From Opitutaceae bacterium (GTDB lineage Bacteria > Verrucomicrobiota > Verrucomicrobiia > Opitutales > Opitutaceae), in contig JANQRT010000005.1 of assembly GCA_028284385.1 (NCBI GenBank), forward strand, positions 15,660-79,659: a DNA stretch of 64,000 nt, read 5' to 3'. The number at the start of each line of letters is the position of its first letter. Within the stretch, counting starts at the first letter, position 1. Both the position numbers and the translations under genes were made by a program. Positions 8,391 through 18,732 of this stretch are shown one piece after another. The notes beneath the pieces were generated by a model. That model was given only the letters and a program-made list of their open reading frames with translations. It was not told the origin of the DNA and did no database searches.

Positions 8391-10710
8391 TCGACTTCTT
8401 ACTTGGCGCTAGATCCTGTTGTGGCGCTGGGTATGCGATGCGCGAATGCAGCGAATTGAGCAAGGTGAATATGAAGCTCTCCTTAATCTTTGCCAGCTCT
8501 GCCATAGTCATGGGGCTGTCGTCCAGCTGGCCGTCTTCGATATTCACTTTAAAAATACGCTCCACGAGTTCCTCTACGTTTTGAGAGGTCACTTTAGACA
8601 AGGAGCGACTGGCTGCTTCGAGCGAGTCGGCCAGTAGAACAATGGCGCTTTCCTTGAATTGCGGTTTTGGTCCATCGTAGCGATAAGTTGATTCCTGGAC
8701 GTTCGCTCCATCCTGCTCTCCTCCCTCGGCCTGCTTCATGGCTTTGTGATAGAAAAAGCGGATGAGGTTGGTGCCATGGTGTTGGCGTATGATGTCGATT
8801 ATCGGACGCGGGAGTTTGTAGGTCAGACCAAGATCGACGCCCTCCTTTACGTGGCTCTTGATGATCAGAGCGCTGAACGACGGCGTTTTCTCATCGTGTG
8901 GATTATTCCCGTCTAACTGGTTTTCGGTAAAGTATTCCGGCTTCACCAATTTGCCAATGTCGTGGAACATGCAACTAACGCGAGCTAGCAAAGCGTTGCC
9001 GCCAACGACATTGCAGGCGTTTTCCGCTAGATTGGCTACCATGAGGCTGTGATGCCAGGTGCCGGGAGCTTCCAGCTGCATGCGGCGCAGGATCGGATGA
9101 TTGTAGTCGCTTAATTCGAGCAGAGTAATATCCGTCGTCCTCTTAAAAACGCCTTCCAGTATTGGAAGAATACCTACAATGACAACGCCTTCGACAATGC
9201 CCGTTAGCAAGCCTCCCGAAAGTTGCTTGAAAATGGTTTCGAATGGGAGCTGATCGACCCAATTGTACAGCAAAGTGAATACAGCGATACAGAGACCGGC
9301 AGCAAAGCCGCCCATCACAACGCGTCCACGCTTCCGTACGTTTCGACAGACGAAAATCGCCACGGTCGAGGCGAGGAACGACATGACCAGCAAGTCGTGG
9401 CGTTCGCCGAACATAACCGCCGTAAAGAGGCTGATCATCAGAGCCGTCAGCAGTCCCGGACGGGTTCCCATTAGAATGGCTACAATGATGGGAGCCAAGG
9501 CGGTTGGCGTGATGTAGGGAAGAATTGCGGACAGGCTGCTGTCGTAGAGAAAGAGTTCGAAGCTGCTCAATTGAAAGCAGATGCGGATGAGAAATAGGTT
9601 GATAATGACGACCGATGCCAGAAGGCCAAGACGTCCATTGCTCTTCAAGGTCTCCTTGTCTTCCAGGCGAATGTAGAAGGTTGCCGCCGTAAGCATGGCG
9701 AGCACTAGCAGCATGCGCCCAACGAGCTGAAGGTCGAATTGAGCGGAATTCTGACTTGCCGTATGTTGGCGATACGCAGTGAGCTGCTCGAACTGCTCCG
9801 CGCTTACTTCTGTATTGGGTTCAATGATACTGGCGCCTTTTTCGACTCGCACGATTACCGGCTTGAGCGAATCCTGCATTTGCCGACGAATCTGTTCCAT
9901 TTCCGTCTCGTCGCGGGCAAGATTCGGTCGAACGCCGTCTCGGAAAAGTCGATTGTAAGAGGCTGCTACATTTGGTGGAACGTTTGCCGCATTCAAGGCG
10001 ATGCGAAGCGAAGTAAGAGCGTCTTCGGTCGATTCCATTCGCTTTTGGCCAATGCCACCTTCTCGATGAATCAAAGCCACCGCTTCGGGGCCAAAGGCGA
10101 AGCTGTTGTCATTGCGATCGTAAATCCCGAGCTTATAGCTTTCGCGCAGGCTGATCAGACCTGTATCAATAAGTTCGTTACGCGTCTCGAGATCCGCGAA
10201 TTCGAGGATGTTCGTGAGGTCCGCTTCGGAAAGGCGGTAGTCACCTTTCGCATTGAAATCTTCGGCTATCTTGCGAACCAGGTCTTCAGCTGCCGCGGCC
10301 GAAAGATCTTCCTCGACGGCCGTAAATTTTTCCATGTCCACCAGCAATTGCCCGATATGGTCCTCGAAAGCCTCGTAAGGGGCCATGTCGATATCGAAGA
10401 CCTGTGGCACTTCGTTTAGCAATCGCGTCCGTTCTCGTTCGGTTAGAATGTCGCTTTGGTAGGAGAAGGTTTCGGCAGCGACGATTCGTATGGTCGAGTA
10501 TTGGTTCTCCAGAAGCTGATAGTTGGATGACCTTACTCCAACGAAGCTAATCACTACAATCAGAGCCACGGTCATTACGAATATCAGAACCGAAACCAAC
10601 TTGCTTTCTTCTAGGAAGGTCAGAAAGGAGGAAGAAGTCTCAGTCTTGCGCATCCGCTTTTTCGGAAAAAAGCGGGCGAATAACGCCTTGAACTGCTCTG
10701 AAAGAGGCAT
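8347..10710 (-). CDS. pgpH: 7TM-HD membrane phosphohydrolase (PgpH/YqfF family, putative cyclic-di-AMP phosphodiesterase)
   Basis: 787 aa: N-terminal extracytoplasmic region, 7 TM segments, and a C-terminal HD domain (MFHDIGK, IRQHHGT). Confidence 0.85.
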   Translation of the reverse strand: MPLSEQFKALFARFFPKKRMRKTETSSSFLTFLEESKLVSVLIFVMTVALIVVISFVGVRSSNYQLLENQYSTIRIVAAETFSYQSDILTERERTRLLNEVPQVFDIDMAPYEAFEDHIGQLLVDMEKFTAVEEDLSAAAAEDLVRKIAEDFNAKGDYRLSEADLTNILEFADLETRNELIDTGLISLRESYKLGIYDRNDNSFAFGPEAVALIHREGGIGQKRMESTEDALTSLRIALNAANVPPNVAASYNRLFRDGVRPNLARDETEMEQIRRQMQDSLKPVIVRVEKGASIIEPNTEVSAEQFEQLTAYRQHTASQNSAQFDLQLVGRMLLVLAMLTAATFYIRLEDKETLKSNGRLGLLASVVIINLFLIRICFQLSSFELFLYDSSLSAILPYITPTALAPIIVAILMGTRPGLLTALMISLFTAVMFGERHDLLVMSFLASTVAIFVCRNVRKRGRVVMGGFAAGLCIAVFTLLYNWVDQLPFETIFKQLSGGLLTGIVEGVVIVGILPILEGVFKRTTDITLLELSDYNHPILRRMQLEAPGTWHHSLMVANLAENACNVVGGNALLARVSCMFHDIGKLVKPEYFTENQLDGNNPHDEKTPSFSALIIKSHVKEGVDLGLTYKLPRPIIDIIRQHHGTNLIRFFYHKAMKQAEGGEQDGANVQESTYRYDGPKPQFKESAIVLLADSLEAASRSLSKVTSQNVEELVERIFKVNIEDGQLDDSPMTMAELAKIKESFIFTLLNSLHSRIAYPAPQQDLAPSKKSNERKSERIEASARQ

Positions 10711-10777
10711 GCGGGTTGGACGTTGTTTAGGTGAAAAGATTCAATTATAGGTCTCGCTCAAGGTCAATCAGCGAGCT

Positions 10778-11737
10778 CTATTTCTCAGTAGAGCGATAGG
10801 CGTCATAAGCCTCGATAATCTTTTGTACGAGGTGATGCCTAACTACATCCGTAGATTTGAAATAGTGGAAATTGATGCCTTTCAATGACTTAAGAATATC
10901 TTTGACTTCTAGAAGTCCCGATTGCCTCGACCTGGGTATGTCGATCTGCGTTAGATCCCCGGTGATGACCATTTTGCTGTCGTTGCCCAGTCTTGTCAAA
11001 AACATCATCATTTGTTCCGACGTTGTATTTTGAGCTTCGTCCAAAATGACGAAAGATTCACTCAAAGTTCGCCCGCGCATGTAGGCTAATGGAGCGATTT
11101 CAATGACCCCTTTATCGATCAGTTTCGCCACGTCTTCCCTATCTAGCATATCGTAAAGCGCGTCGTACAAAGGCCTTAGATAAGGAAGAATCTTTTCTTG
11201 AAGATCGCCCGGCAGAAATCCAAGGGTCTCGCCCGCTTCGACAGCCGGGCGGCTTAATATCAATCTTTTTATACTGCCATCGATGAGTTGAGACACGGCC
11301 GCGGCTACTGCCAGATAGGTCTTGCCTGTACCTGCAGGACCGATGCCAAATACCACATCGTTTGAGCGGATCGATTGAAGATATTGCTTCTGGCCTATAG
11401 TCTTGGGTACGATGCTCTTACGGCGAGTTTTGATGACGGTAGCCTCGTCGTAAAGGGAGCGAAGCTCATCTTCCTTTCCATTATTTACGCCGTCTACCAC
11501 CCCCTTGAAATCAGAGTCTTTGATGGCAAGGCCTTGATCTCGGGCTTCTTTCAGTAGCTCAAAGACCAAAGCCACTTTATCCAGTCGTTCTTCTCCGCCT
11601 TCAATCTGAACCCAGCCTTCTCGGGTGACCAATTTTACATCAAAATTAGATTCGATGGCCTGCAAGTTCTCCTCCTTGCCACAGTAGAGAAGTGATAGCT
11701 GCCTAGGGTTATCGAAATAGAGCTTTCGCGATGCCAT
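10778..11737 (-). CDS. phoH: PhoH family ATPase
   Basis: 319 aa with Walker A GPAGTGKTYLAV and DEAQN. First gene of the phoH-pgpH-ybeY string. Confidence 0.9.
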   Translation of the reverse strand: MASRKLYFDNPRQLSLLYCGKEENLQAIESNFDVKLVTREGWVQIEGGEERLDKVALVFELLKEARDQGLAIKDSDFKGVVDGVNNGKEDELRSLYDEATVIKTRRKSIVPKTIGQKQYLQSIRSNDVVFGIGPAGTGKTYLAVAAAVSQLIDGSIKRLILSRPAVEAGETLGFLPGDLQEKILPYLRPLYDALYDMLDREDVAKLIDKGVIEIAPLAYMRGRTLSESFVILDEAQNTTSEQMMMFLTRLGNDSKMVITGDLTQIDIPRSRQSGLLEVKDILKSLKGINFHYFKSTDVVRHHLVQKIIEAYDAYRSTEK

Positions 11738-11774
11738 ATGAAAAAAGCGGCCTATAAATGAGGGCCATTCGCGA

Positions 11775-12266
11775 TTAGTCCAGCTTTTCGCATTGAGAAT
11801 TGAGATGTTCCCACATGGCTTCGAGTGATTGCGACAGCACTCGCGTCGACCCTAGAACAGGCATGAAATTCGTATCCCCAGTCCAGCGGGGGACTACATG
11901 CATGTGCAAGTGCTTGGGCACTCCAGCTCCCGCCGCGCTACCAAGATTCAGACCAATATTGAATCCGGCTGGCTTGAGCGCTTCTTGTAGCAAACGCTTT
12001 GCCTTTATCGTAGCGCTTAAGAAACAGGACCTTTCCTCCTCTGTAAGATCTTCTAAGTCAGGAACTTCTCGGTAGGGAAGAATGAGAAGATGCCCCGGAT
12101 TGTAGGGATAGCGATTCATCAGGATAAAGCTATGCCTTTCCCGACTGACGATCAGGGTTGCCTTATCGTCTCCGACCTTTGGCAAATCGACGAATGGATG
12201 CCTTGCCTCAGGAGGCTTCTCCTGGGTGACATATTCCATTCTCCAATAGGCGTGTAGATGATCCAT
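11775..12266 (-). CDS. HIT family nucleotide hydrolase/transferase
   Basis: 163 aa with the histidine triad HLHMHVVPR. Confidence 0.85.
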   Translation of the reverse strand: MDHLHAYWRMEYVTQEKPPEARHPFVDLPKVGDDKATLIVSRERHSFILMNRYPYNPGHLLILPYREVPDLEDLTEEERSCFLSATIKAKRLLQEALKPAGFNIGLNLGSAAGAGVPKHLHMHVVPRWTGDTNFMPVLGSTRVLSQSLEAMWEHLNSQCEKLD

Positions 12267-12348
12267 TATCGCGGCAAATGATCGTCACCATAGAGACGCG
12301 GCAAGCGGTGTCAAAACTCCTGTCCTTCCCTTCGCGACGAGCAGTATC

Positions 12349-13698
12349 TTGAACAAAGACAGGCCTTGCCTTCTCCTGCCAAACCAGCTTCTAAGCTTTT
12401 CGGTGTTTATCTGGATTTACAGGGTAGTCTTCGCTCCCATAGCTCTGCTAGCGTCTCCATTCTACATCCTCAAGATGCGGCGGCGAGGCGGTTACGAGGA
12501 AGGTTTTCTGACACGCTTCGGCATAGGTTTAGACTTGCCGAGCAAACGAAAAAATGTCCTTAGAATTTGGATACATGCCGTTAGTCTAGGCGAAATGCTG
12601 GCCATTGAGCCTATGCTCATGGCTTTAGCCCGAGATCCGCGTAATGAAATTTTCCTTACGACTACGACGAGTACGGGCTTTGCCGAAGCCAAGAAAAGGT
12701 ATAGCGAGACGCTCATTGGGCTTGCCTATTTCCCTTTGGATTTCTGGCCGTTTAGCCGGATTGTCTGGAAAAAAGTAATGCCCGATTTGGCGATTTGCGC
12801 AGAGACCGAGATTTGGCCTGAACATCTAAGGCAAGCAGACCGTAGAGGAGTGCCGTTGATCCTAGTCAATGCCCGTCTTTCCGATCGCTCCTTCCGCTAT
12901 GCTGCCAAGTTTGCCCGATTCACTCAAAAAGAACTGGCCTGCATAACGGAAGTTCTGGCGGGTTCGCGACGTGACAAAGACCGTTTCCAAGCCCTGGGTG
13001 TGAAAGAAAATCGGATCCTAGTAACCGGTAATTTGAAAGTGGATATCGATATCCAACCGATTCTAGATAGCCACGCAAAGACCGCTCTCAAGAAGGAACT
13101 AGGTCTTGAAAATGGATTTATCCTTCTCGGTTCCGGCACTTGGCTGGCTGAAGAGCGCATGTTGCTGAAGGCCTTTAAGCGATTGAGATCGGATTTTCCG
13201 GATAGTCGACTCTTGATAGTGCCTCGTCACGTCGAGCGACGTGATGAGATTGCCAGGTTTCTGTCGACCGATGCTGAAGGCTTATCGATACACTTTAAAA
13301 AGAAGGGAGAACCTCCCAAACCCGTCGATATCCTGGTCGCCGATACCAATGGAGAATTGAGAATTCTGGCTCAATTGGCGGATGTCGCTTTCATCGGAAA
13401 AAGCCTGCCGCCCGAAGACGAAGGTCAGACCCCTATTGAAGCCTGCGTGCTTGGAATACCCACTCTCTTTGGACCAGGAATGAAGAATTTCCCGGGCATA
13501 ATAGATCAGTTGCTTCGTTATCGCGCGGCGATACAAGTTTCTGATGAAGAAGAGGCAATCACGGAAATCCTAAGACTGAGTCGAAATCCTGAGGTCCGAG
13601 AGGAAATGAGCAAAGCCGGCCTTCGCTGGCACAAAGCGAGCCGAGGAGCGGTTGAGGCTACTCTCGAACGAATCGAGCCCTATTTGCCTCGAATTTAG
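12349..13698 (+). CDS. waaA: 3-deoxy-D-manno-octulosonic acid (Kdo) transferase
   Basis: 449 aa with an N-terminal membrane anchor, the characteristic WIHAVSLGE motif and a GT-B C-terminal half. The start codon is uncertain because the ORF begins with TTG. Confidence 0.85.
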   Translation: MNKDRPCLLLPNQLLSFSVFIWIYRVVFAPIALLASPFYILKMRRRGGYEEGFLTRFGIGLDLPSKRKNVLRIWIHAVSLGEMLAIEPMLMALARDPRNEIFLTTTTSTGFAEAKKRYSETLIGLAYFPLDFWPFSRIVWKKVMPDLAICAETEIWPEHLRQADRRGVPLILVNARLSDRSFRYAAKFARFTQKELACITEVLAGSRRDKDRFQALGVKENRILVTGNLKVDIDIQPILDSHAKTALKKELGLENGFILLGSGTWLAEERMLLKAFKRLRSDFPDSRLLIVPRHVERRDEIARFLSTDAEGLSIHFKKKGEPPKPVDILVADTNGELRILAQLADVAFIGKSLPPEDEGQTPIEACVLGIPTLFGPGMKNFPGIIDQLLRYRAAIQVSDEEEAITEILRLSRNPEVREEMSKAGLRWHKASRGAVEATLERIEPYLPRI

Positions 13699-13768
13699 AA
13701 AGGATTTTCTGTCTTATTTAACCGGTACCGCTTGACAGTTGTTAATCTTGATCCGATATACGCCCATT

Positions 13769-14005
13769 ATGGCAGAGAAAGACGATAAGTGGCCAGATAA
13801 TGTAGCTGGAAAGTTTTATGTTGATGAGCAGTGCATCGATTGCGATCTCTGCCGTGAAACCGCGCCCGACTTTTTCAAACGCAATGACGACGAAGCTTTT
13901 TCTTTCGTTTACAATCAACCGGAATCTCAAGAAGACATCGATCTTTGCATGGAGGCCTTGGAAGGCTGCCCGGTAGAAGCTATCGGTGACGACGGTGACG
14001 ACTAG
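13769..14005 (+). CDS. small ferredoxin (single Fe-S cluster)
   Basis: Cys pattern CIDCDLC...CP (FYVDEQCIDCDLCRETAPDFF ... EGCPVEAI). Start set at MAEKDD, an internal Met of the 88-aa ORF. Confidence 0.75.
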   Translation: MAEKDDKWPDNVAGKFYVDEQCIDCDLCRETAPDFFKRNDDEAFSFVYNQPESQEDIDLCMEALEGCPVEAIGDDGDD

Positions 14006-14033
14006 ACAGCTCTAGCCAGTTTTGAATTTAATG

Positions 14034-14060
14034 ACGCGACCTATTCGGGTCGCGTTTTTT
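14034..14060 (+). terminator. rho-independent terminator after the ferredoxin gene
   Basis: Stem ACGCGACC (14034-14041) / GGTCGCGT (14048-14055), 6-nt loop, then TTTTT. Lies between convergent genes. Confidence 0.65.
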
Positions 14061-14077
14061 CGTTTCCAGATTCCACC

Positions 14078-15553
14078 TTAGTTGAATCGCTTCCAAAGCG
14101 ATGGGGAGAACAAAGCTAGAATCGCGTAGAATTCCAAACGACCCATAATCATTAGCAGTGATAGGAAGAATTTTGTATATGGGTGAAAAAAGGCGTAGTT
14201 GCTTGAAGGTCCCACCTCCGCCAAACCTGGTCCGATATTGAAAAGGCAGGCAATCACGGCGCTGATGTTGGTATCGATTTCCACGCTTGGCTCAAATATG
14301 GCCGTTACGGGCAAGCTTACTAGAAAAACCATCATGACCAGCAGCAGATAAGACATAATGTCCTGCGTAGACTGCTCGTCCAAGGTTCGATTGTTCATCT
14401 TGATCTGCCTTATTATTCTCGAACGAAAGGACTGTTCCACACTTAGAATACACATGCGGAAAGCCACGACCAGTCTGGCTACTTTGGCCCCTCCCGCCGT
14501 AGAACCTGTGCAGCCTCCGACGATCATCAATGAAAGCAACACCACCTGGGGTAGCGTACCCCATTGCACGTAATTTTCCGTCGAGTACCCAGTTGTGGTC
14601 ATGATCGCCGCGACTTGAAAAGCGCTGGGTCGAATCGATTCGAAAAACGAATCCTTCATTCCTTCGCTATGTATCATGATCGCAATGACGATCGTCGAGA
14701 CGTAGAGAAGTATTACATAGGAAATGAATTCCGTATTTGTCTTGAGGTGGTTGAAGCGGCGGCTAATCAGTCTTAGAATAAGTAGAAAGCTTATCCCTCC
14801 GAGAATCATGAATATGATGGCGATCCATTCGATCGTCGGACTGTTGAAGTGGGCGATGCTGTTGTCATGCGTGCTGAATCCCGCCGTCGATATGGTTGTG
14901 AAGGTATGGCATATCGAATCGAACCAGGTCATTCCAGCCAATCGGTAGGATAGGCAGCAGGCCGTAGAAAGGCCAAGGTAGATGTAAACCAGGCGTAGGA
15001 CCGTTGATTGCACGCGGCTTTCTTCAAAGTCGGCGACCGATCCCGAAGCTTCATTGGCATAGAGCATTTTAGCTCCGGCTCCCAGAAATCCAAGTATTGC
15101 CACGAAGAATACGACAACACCCATTCCGCCGATCCATTGGCTAAGAGCTCGCCAGAAAAGCAGGCTGGGAGGGAGCTGATCCAGATTGCTCAGCACGGTT
15201 GCTCCCGTGGTGGTTAGTCCCGAGGTGCTCTCGAAGATCGCGTTGGCAACCCCGATTTCCGGGGTAATCATCAGATAGGGGATACTGCCGATAACGCTTG
15301 AAAGGATCCAGCCGATCCCGATTACGCTAAGGGCCTCTTTGCGAAAGAATTTCCTGGGAGCTTTCCGTCCGATGTGGAAGAAAGCCCAAGCCGCAGCCAG
15401 CGAGACACCGATCGCCACGAGGAAGGCGTCGCGTGACAGCATGGCTTCAGAAGGATCGTCTATCAGCCTGGAGACGCCCAGACACAAAACGAAGGCGAGG
15501 CCAAGAATAAGCATCACCGTGCTCAACAATCTGGATACAAGGGCGAAATTCAC
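14078..15553 (-). CDS. trkH: TrkH family potassium uptake protein
   Basis: 491-aa polytopic membrane protein with repeated pore-loop-like segments (TTTGATV, STAGFST, TTTGYST, GSTAGGAKV). Lies directly downstream of trkA. Confidence 0.87.
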   Translation of the reverse strand: MNFALVSRLLSTVMLILGLAFVLCLGVSRLIDDPSEAMLSRDAFLVAIGVSLAAAWAFFHIGRKAPRKFFRKEALSVIGIGWILSSVIGSIPYLMITPEIGVANAIFESTSGLTTTGATVLSNLDQLPPSLLFWRALSQWIGGMGVVVFFVAILGFLGAGAKMLYANEASGSVADFEESRVQSTVLRLVYIYLGLSTACCLSYRLAGMTWFDSICHTFTTISTAGFSTHDNSIAHFNSPTIEWIAIIFMILGGISFLLILRLISRRFNHLKTNTEFISYVILLYVSTIVIAIMIHSEGMKDSFFESIRPSAFQVAAIMTTTGYSTENYVQWGTLPQVVLLSLMIVGGCTGSTAGGAKVARLVVAFRMCILSVEQSFRSRIIRQIKMNNRTLDEQSTQDIMSYLLLVMMVFLVSLPVTAIFEPSVEIDTNISAVIACLFNIGPGLAEVGPSSNYAFFHPYTKFFLSLLMIMGRLEFYAILALFSPSLWKRFN

Positions 15554-15564
15554 TTCATCGAAGG

Positions 15565-16914
15565 CTACTTGGTTAATTTAAGCAGCTCTTTAATTTTCGA
15601 TTTGCTGATAATCGCGATCACAAGATCGCCAGCTTGCAGAACATCTTCGCCGGTCGGCATCTGCGGTTCGTAGTTTCTCTCATGTCCAACCAGAACGCAT
15701 TCGTCCGGCAACGGAATGTCTCGTATCCGCTTTCCTGTTACTGATGAGCCTTCTTTTACAGTCAGCTCTATGATACAGTTCGAGCTGTTTCCGCTTTCGA
15801 TCTCCACGAACGGCTTGTCGCCCAGGTACCGGAGAACCTCCTTGGCTGCGGTTACCCTTGGAGAGACGGCGAAATGAACGCCCAGCGAATCCTGCACTTT
15901 TTCGAGCACCTCGATGTAGTCGGCTCGGTTGATGGCCAGCATTGTCTTTTTCGCCCCCAGCTTGTGGGCTTGGAGGCAAGTCATGATGTTGTCTTCGTCG
16001 TCCTTGGTGCAGGCTACGAAAAAGTCTGATCTTCCTACTTCCTCCTCCTCCAGGACTCTGAGGGATGTGCCGTCTCCGTGAATGATGTTCACATTGGGAA
16101 AGCGTTCGGCAAGCGTGCGACAGCGTTCCAAGTCCTTTTCGATGATGCGTAGCCGAAAGTGCGGGTGACTCAACAATCGCGAGAGGGCAATCGCGATTTC
16201 ACTGCCGCTTAGAAGCGTGACGCAGATTCGAGCGCCACCCTTGGAGTTGGGATCGAACATGGAAAACGATTCGAAAAGCGTCTGCGGATCTCCAAAAAGG
16301 GTTACATTGTCTCCCGGCTCGAGAACGGAGCTGGCGTTGGCCACAAAAGTTTCTTCGCCCCGGTTGATCATTCCCACCCGCACTTTGCTTGAAAGCTTCA
16401 AGCTGCTCAAGGGCTGGCCTATGACTTTCGCTTTTGGCTGAACTTCCAGGGAAAGCACTTCGATTTTACCGCGACCGAAGTCCTCGACGGCCACTCGTCC
16501 CGGGTTGCGGATTCTTGCTGCTAGTTCTACGGCTGCCAGCGCTTCAGGATTTACCAGGTGATCGATCCCGAAAAGGCTTTGGTGATTAATGATGGAACTG
16601 TCACGGTAGGTAGAGTCATGCACACGCGCGAACGTGATGTTGGCCCCAATAGCTTTTGCTAGCGATGCGGAGACGAGATTGGTTTCATCGCTGCTGGTAA
16701 CCGCTAGGAAAAAGTCGCATTTTCCGGTACCGGCCCTCTCCAAAACCGAAGCCGAGCTACCGTTGTCTTTAATAACGCGGGCGTCGATTCGCTCCTTCAA
16801 GGATTGGGCGGTCTGATCGTCTCGATCAATAATCGTCACGTCATGACCTTCCAGGCTTAGCGTCTCGCTCAAGTGAGCGCCCACTTCGCCAGCGCCGACA
16901 ATTACAACCTTCAT
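15565..16914 (-). CDS. trkA: Trk system potassium uptake protein TrkA
   Basis: 449 aa with duplicated RCK/NAD-binding architecture and the N-terminal motif KVVIVGAGEVG. Confidence 0.9.
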   Translation of the reverse strand: MKVVIVGAGEVGAHLSETLSLEGHDVTIIDRDDQTAQSLKERIDARVIKDNGSSASVLERAGTGKCDFFLAVTSSDETNLVSASLAKAIGANITFARVHDSTYRDSSIINHQSLFGIDHLVNPEALAAVELAARIRNPGRVAVEDFGRGKIEVLSLEVQPKAKVIGQPLSSLKLSSKVRVGMINRGEETFVANASSVLEPGDNVTLFGDPQTLFESFSMFDPNSKGGARICVTLLSGSEIAIALSRLLSHPHFRLRIIEKDLERCRTLAERFPNVNIIHGDGTSLRVLEEEEVGRSDFFVACTKDDEDNIMTCLQAHKLGAKKTMLAINRADYIEVLEKVQDSLGVHFAVSPRVTAAKEVLRYLGDKPFVEIESGNSSNCIIELTVKEGSSVTGKRIRDIPLPDECVLVGHERNYEPQMPTGEDVLQAGDLVIAIISKSKIKELLKLTK

Positions 16915-16991
16915 TCAACCAGCCTCTAGGGGAAACTGAAGAGCTGCGCAAGCGCGTTGTCTGCCGGAGGAAATCGCAGCCAGGCCGTTAT

Positions 16992-17783
16992 TCAGGAAAT
17001 GACGAGCCTCCAAATGATCGCTACTGTACCGGCGGCGAAGCAGTAGTAGGCGAAGTAGATCAGCTTGCCGCGAACTACGATGCTTATCATCCACTTGCAG
17101 GCCACAACGCCTGAAATGAAGGCAGCCAGGAAACCAATGACGAGTGGAAGAACGCCCACCGAACTTTCCGCCATCCCTCCATCGAGTATGTCTTTCGCAT
17201 TCGCTCCCAGAATGGGAATAAGGACCATGAGAAACGAGAATCGAGCAGCGCTCTGCTTATCGATTCCTGCCAGTAAACTTGTTGCGATAGTAGCTCCTGA
17301 TCGCGAGATTCCCGGCAGCACCGCGATTGCCTGAGAGACGCCAACCAGAAGGGCTTTAGCGTAGGTGATTTCTCCAGTTTTTTTCGGACTGTAGTAGGTG
17401 AAGCAAAGAAGAGTCCCTGTCACTAGCAGCATGCCGCCTACGAGAAGGACGTTGCTATTGAAAAGACTTTCGACCTGCTCCTTGAAAAACAGTCCCACGA
17501 ATACCACAGGCAATGCCGATACCATTAACTTGGCGATGTAGTCCGTCGAGGCGTTCCAGCGAAATTGAAAGGCTCCTTTAATCAGCTTAAGAATTTCGCT
17601 GTAGAAAACGACAATCGTGCTGAGGACGGTCGCGCCATGCGCTACCACGGTAAACGTTACGTCTTCCGTAGCCTCGATGCCCAGTAGCACTTTCCCCAAC
17701 TCGAGATGCCCACTGCTGCTCACAGGGAGAAATTCGGTTAGGCCCTGAATAATGCCTAAGATGATCGCTTCGAGGACGGACAT
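16992..17783 (-). CDS. uppP: undecaprenyl-diphosphate phosphatase
   Basis: 263-aa membrane protein with the BacA signature GIIQGLTEFLPVSSSGHL and PGISRSG. Confidence 0.92.
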   Translation of the reverse strand: MSVLEAIILGIIQGLTEFLPVSSSGHLELGKVLLGIEATEDVTFTVVAHGATVLSTIVVFYSEILKLIKGAFQFRWNASTDYIAKLMVSALPVVFVGLFFKEQVESLFNSNVLLVGGMLLVTGTLLCFTYYSPKKTGEITYAKALLVGVSQAIAVLPGISRSGATIATSLLAGIDKQSAARFSFLMVLIPILGANAKDILDGGMAESSVGVLPLVIGFLAAFISGVVACKWMISIVVRGKLIYFAYYCFAAGTVAIIWRLVIS

Positions 17784-17850
17784 GCGGGATGGACCTAAGT
17801 TGGGCCTGGATTAGATGGTTTCGACATAAGATGGCGAGAATGAAGTGGAG

Positions 17851-18729
17851 CTAGCGAATTTCCGAAAGGAGTTGGTTTACCATCGATTGGGCCTGTCTTC
17901 CGTAGCCTCCGCCAAAAATATAGAAGTGATTGAGGCAATGATACAGATTGTAGAGATCTTTTCGTAATCCGTATCCAGAATTTATGGGCATCGTTTCGTT
18001 ATAAGCCTGATAGAACCGAGAATCGAAGCCGCCGAAGAATTCAGTGAAAGCCAAATCCGTTTCACGGTCTCCATAATAGCTGCAAGGATCGAATACAAAG
18101 GGTTCTCCAGATTTATCAAAGGCCGCATTGCCTGACCATAAGTCTCCATGCAGGAGAGAGGGACTTGGCGAGTATCCCTCTAAGAAAGTCTCGATCGAAT
18201 CGAGCAGCTCGTCGCTTCCTGGGATTGCCAGTCCTTTGCTTCTGCAAAGCTTCAACTGGTACTCCAGCCTTTGTTCACGAAAGAAAATCGGCCAGTTTTC
18301 CCTTCGTTGGTTTGGCTGATAGGTCGATCCAATGGTGTTGTCTATTTCCCAGCCAAAATAGGGCTTTCTCTCCTTGTGGAGTGTTGCCAGAAGCCTGCCC
18401 ATCGATTCCCAGCTCCCTTCTCGAGGTCTTCCTGTTTCAATGTACTCGAGGACTAGGAAGGCTTCTCTCTTTGCCCTCCCAAAGCATATAGGTCGTGGAG
18501 CTCGTAAAGTATTCGTCTCCACGATTTCCTCCAGGGCTTGTTTTTCCTGTTTAAACTGATCTAGAAAAGAAACGGTATTTGTCTTTAGAAAATAACTACG
18601 AACCCCATTGGAAATGTATGAAGCGTTGCTGATGCAGCCGCCCTGCAAGGCTGTCGACTGCTTGATTTCAAATGACTCGCCAGTCGCTTCCGAGATTCTT
18701 GCAGCTATATCCGAGCCGGAAGAGAGCAT
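17851..18729 (-). CDS. fructosamine/ketosamine-3-kinase family protein
   Basis: 292 aa with a kinase-like fold and the motif LLHGDLWSGN. Its start lies 4 nt downstream of the end of the upstream phosphatase gene. Confidence 0.85.
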   Translation of the reverse strand: MLSSGSDIAARISEATGESFEIKQSTALQGGCISNASYISNGVRSYFLKTNTVSFLDQFKQEKQALEEIVETNTLRAPRPICFGRAKREAFLVLEYIETGRPREGSWESMGRLLATLHKERKPYFGWEIDNTIGSTYQPNQRRENWPIFFREQRLEYQLKLCRSKGLAIPGSDELLDSIETFLEGYSPSPSLLHGDLWSGNAAFDKSGEPFVFDPCSYYGDRETDLAFTEFFGGFDSRFYQAYNETMPINSGYGLRKDLYNLYHCLNHFYIFGGGYGRQAQSMVNQLLSEIR

Positions 18730-18732
18730 TGG

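Noticed and set aside
9739-10419. Long ORFs antisense to, or out of frame with, confident genes. Examples are 9739-10419 (+, 226 aa) inside pgpH, 24660-25283 (+) inside proA, 37372-37926 (-) inside the blaR1-like gene, 33418-33909 (-) inside the FabH fusion, 57462-57947 (-) across grpE/dnaJ, 5351-5806 (-) over gluQ, and 19750-20169 (-) over the UbiB gene.
   Set aside because: Each lies fully within or across a gene with strong motif support on the other strand or frame. Their translations are low-complexity (Arg/Ser/Pro/Gly-rich) with no recognisable motifs. This is typical of shadow ORFs.
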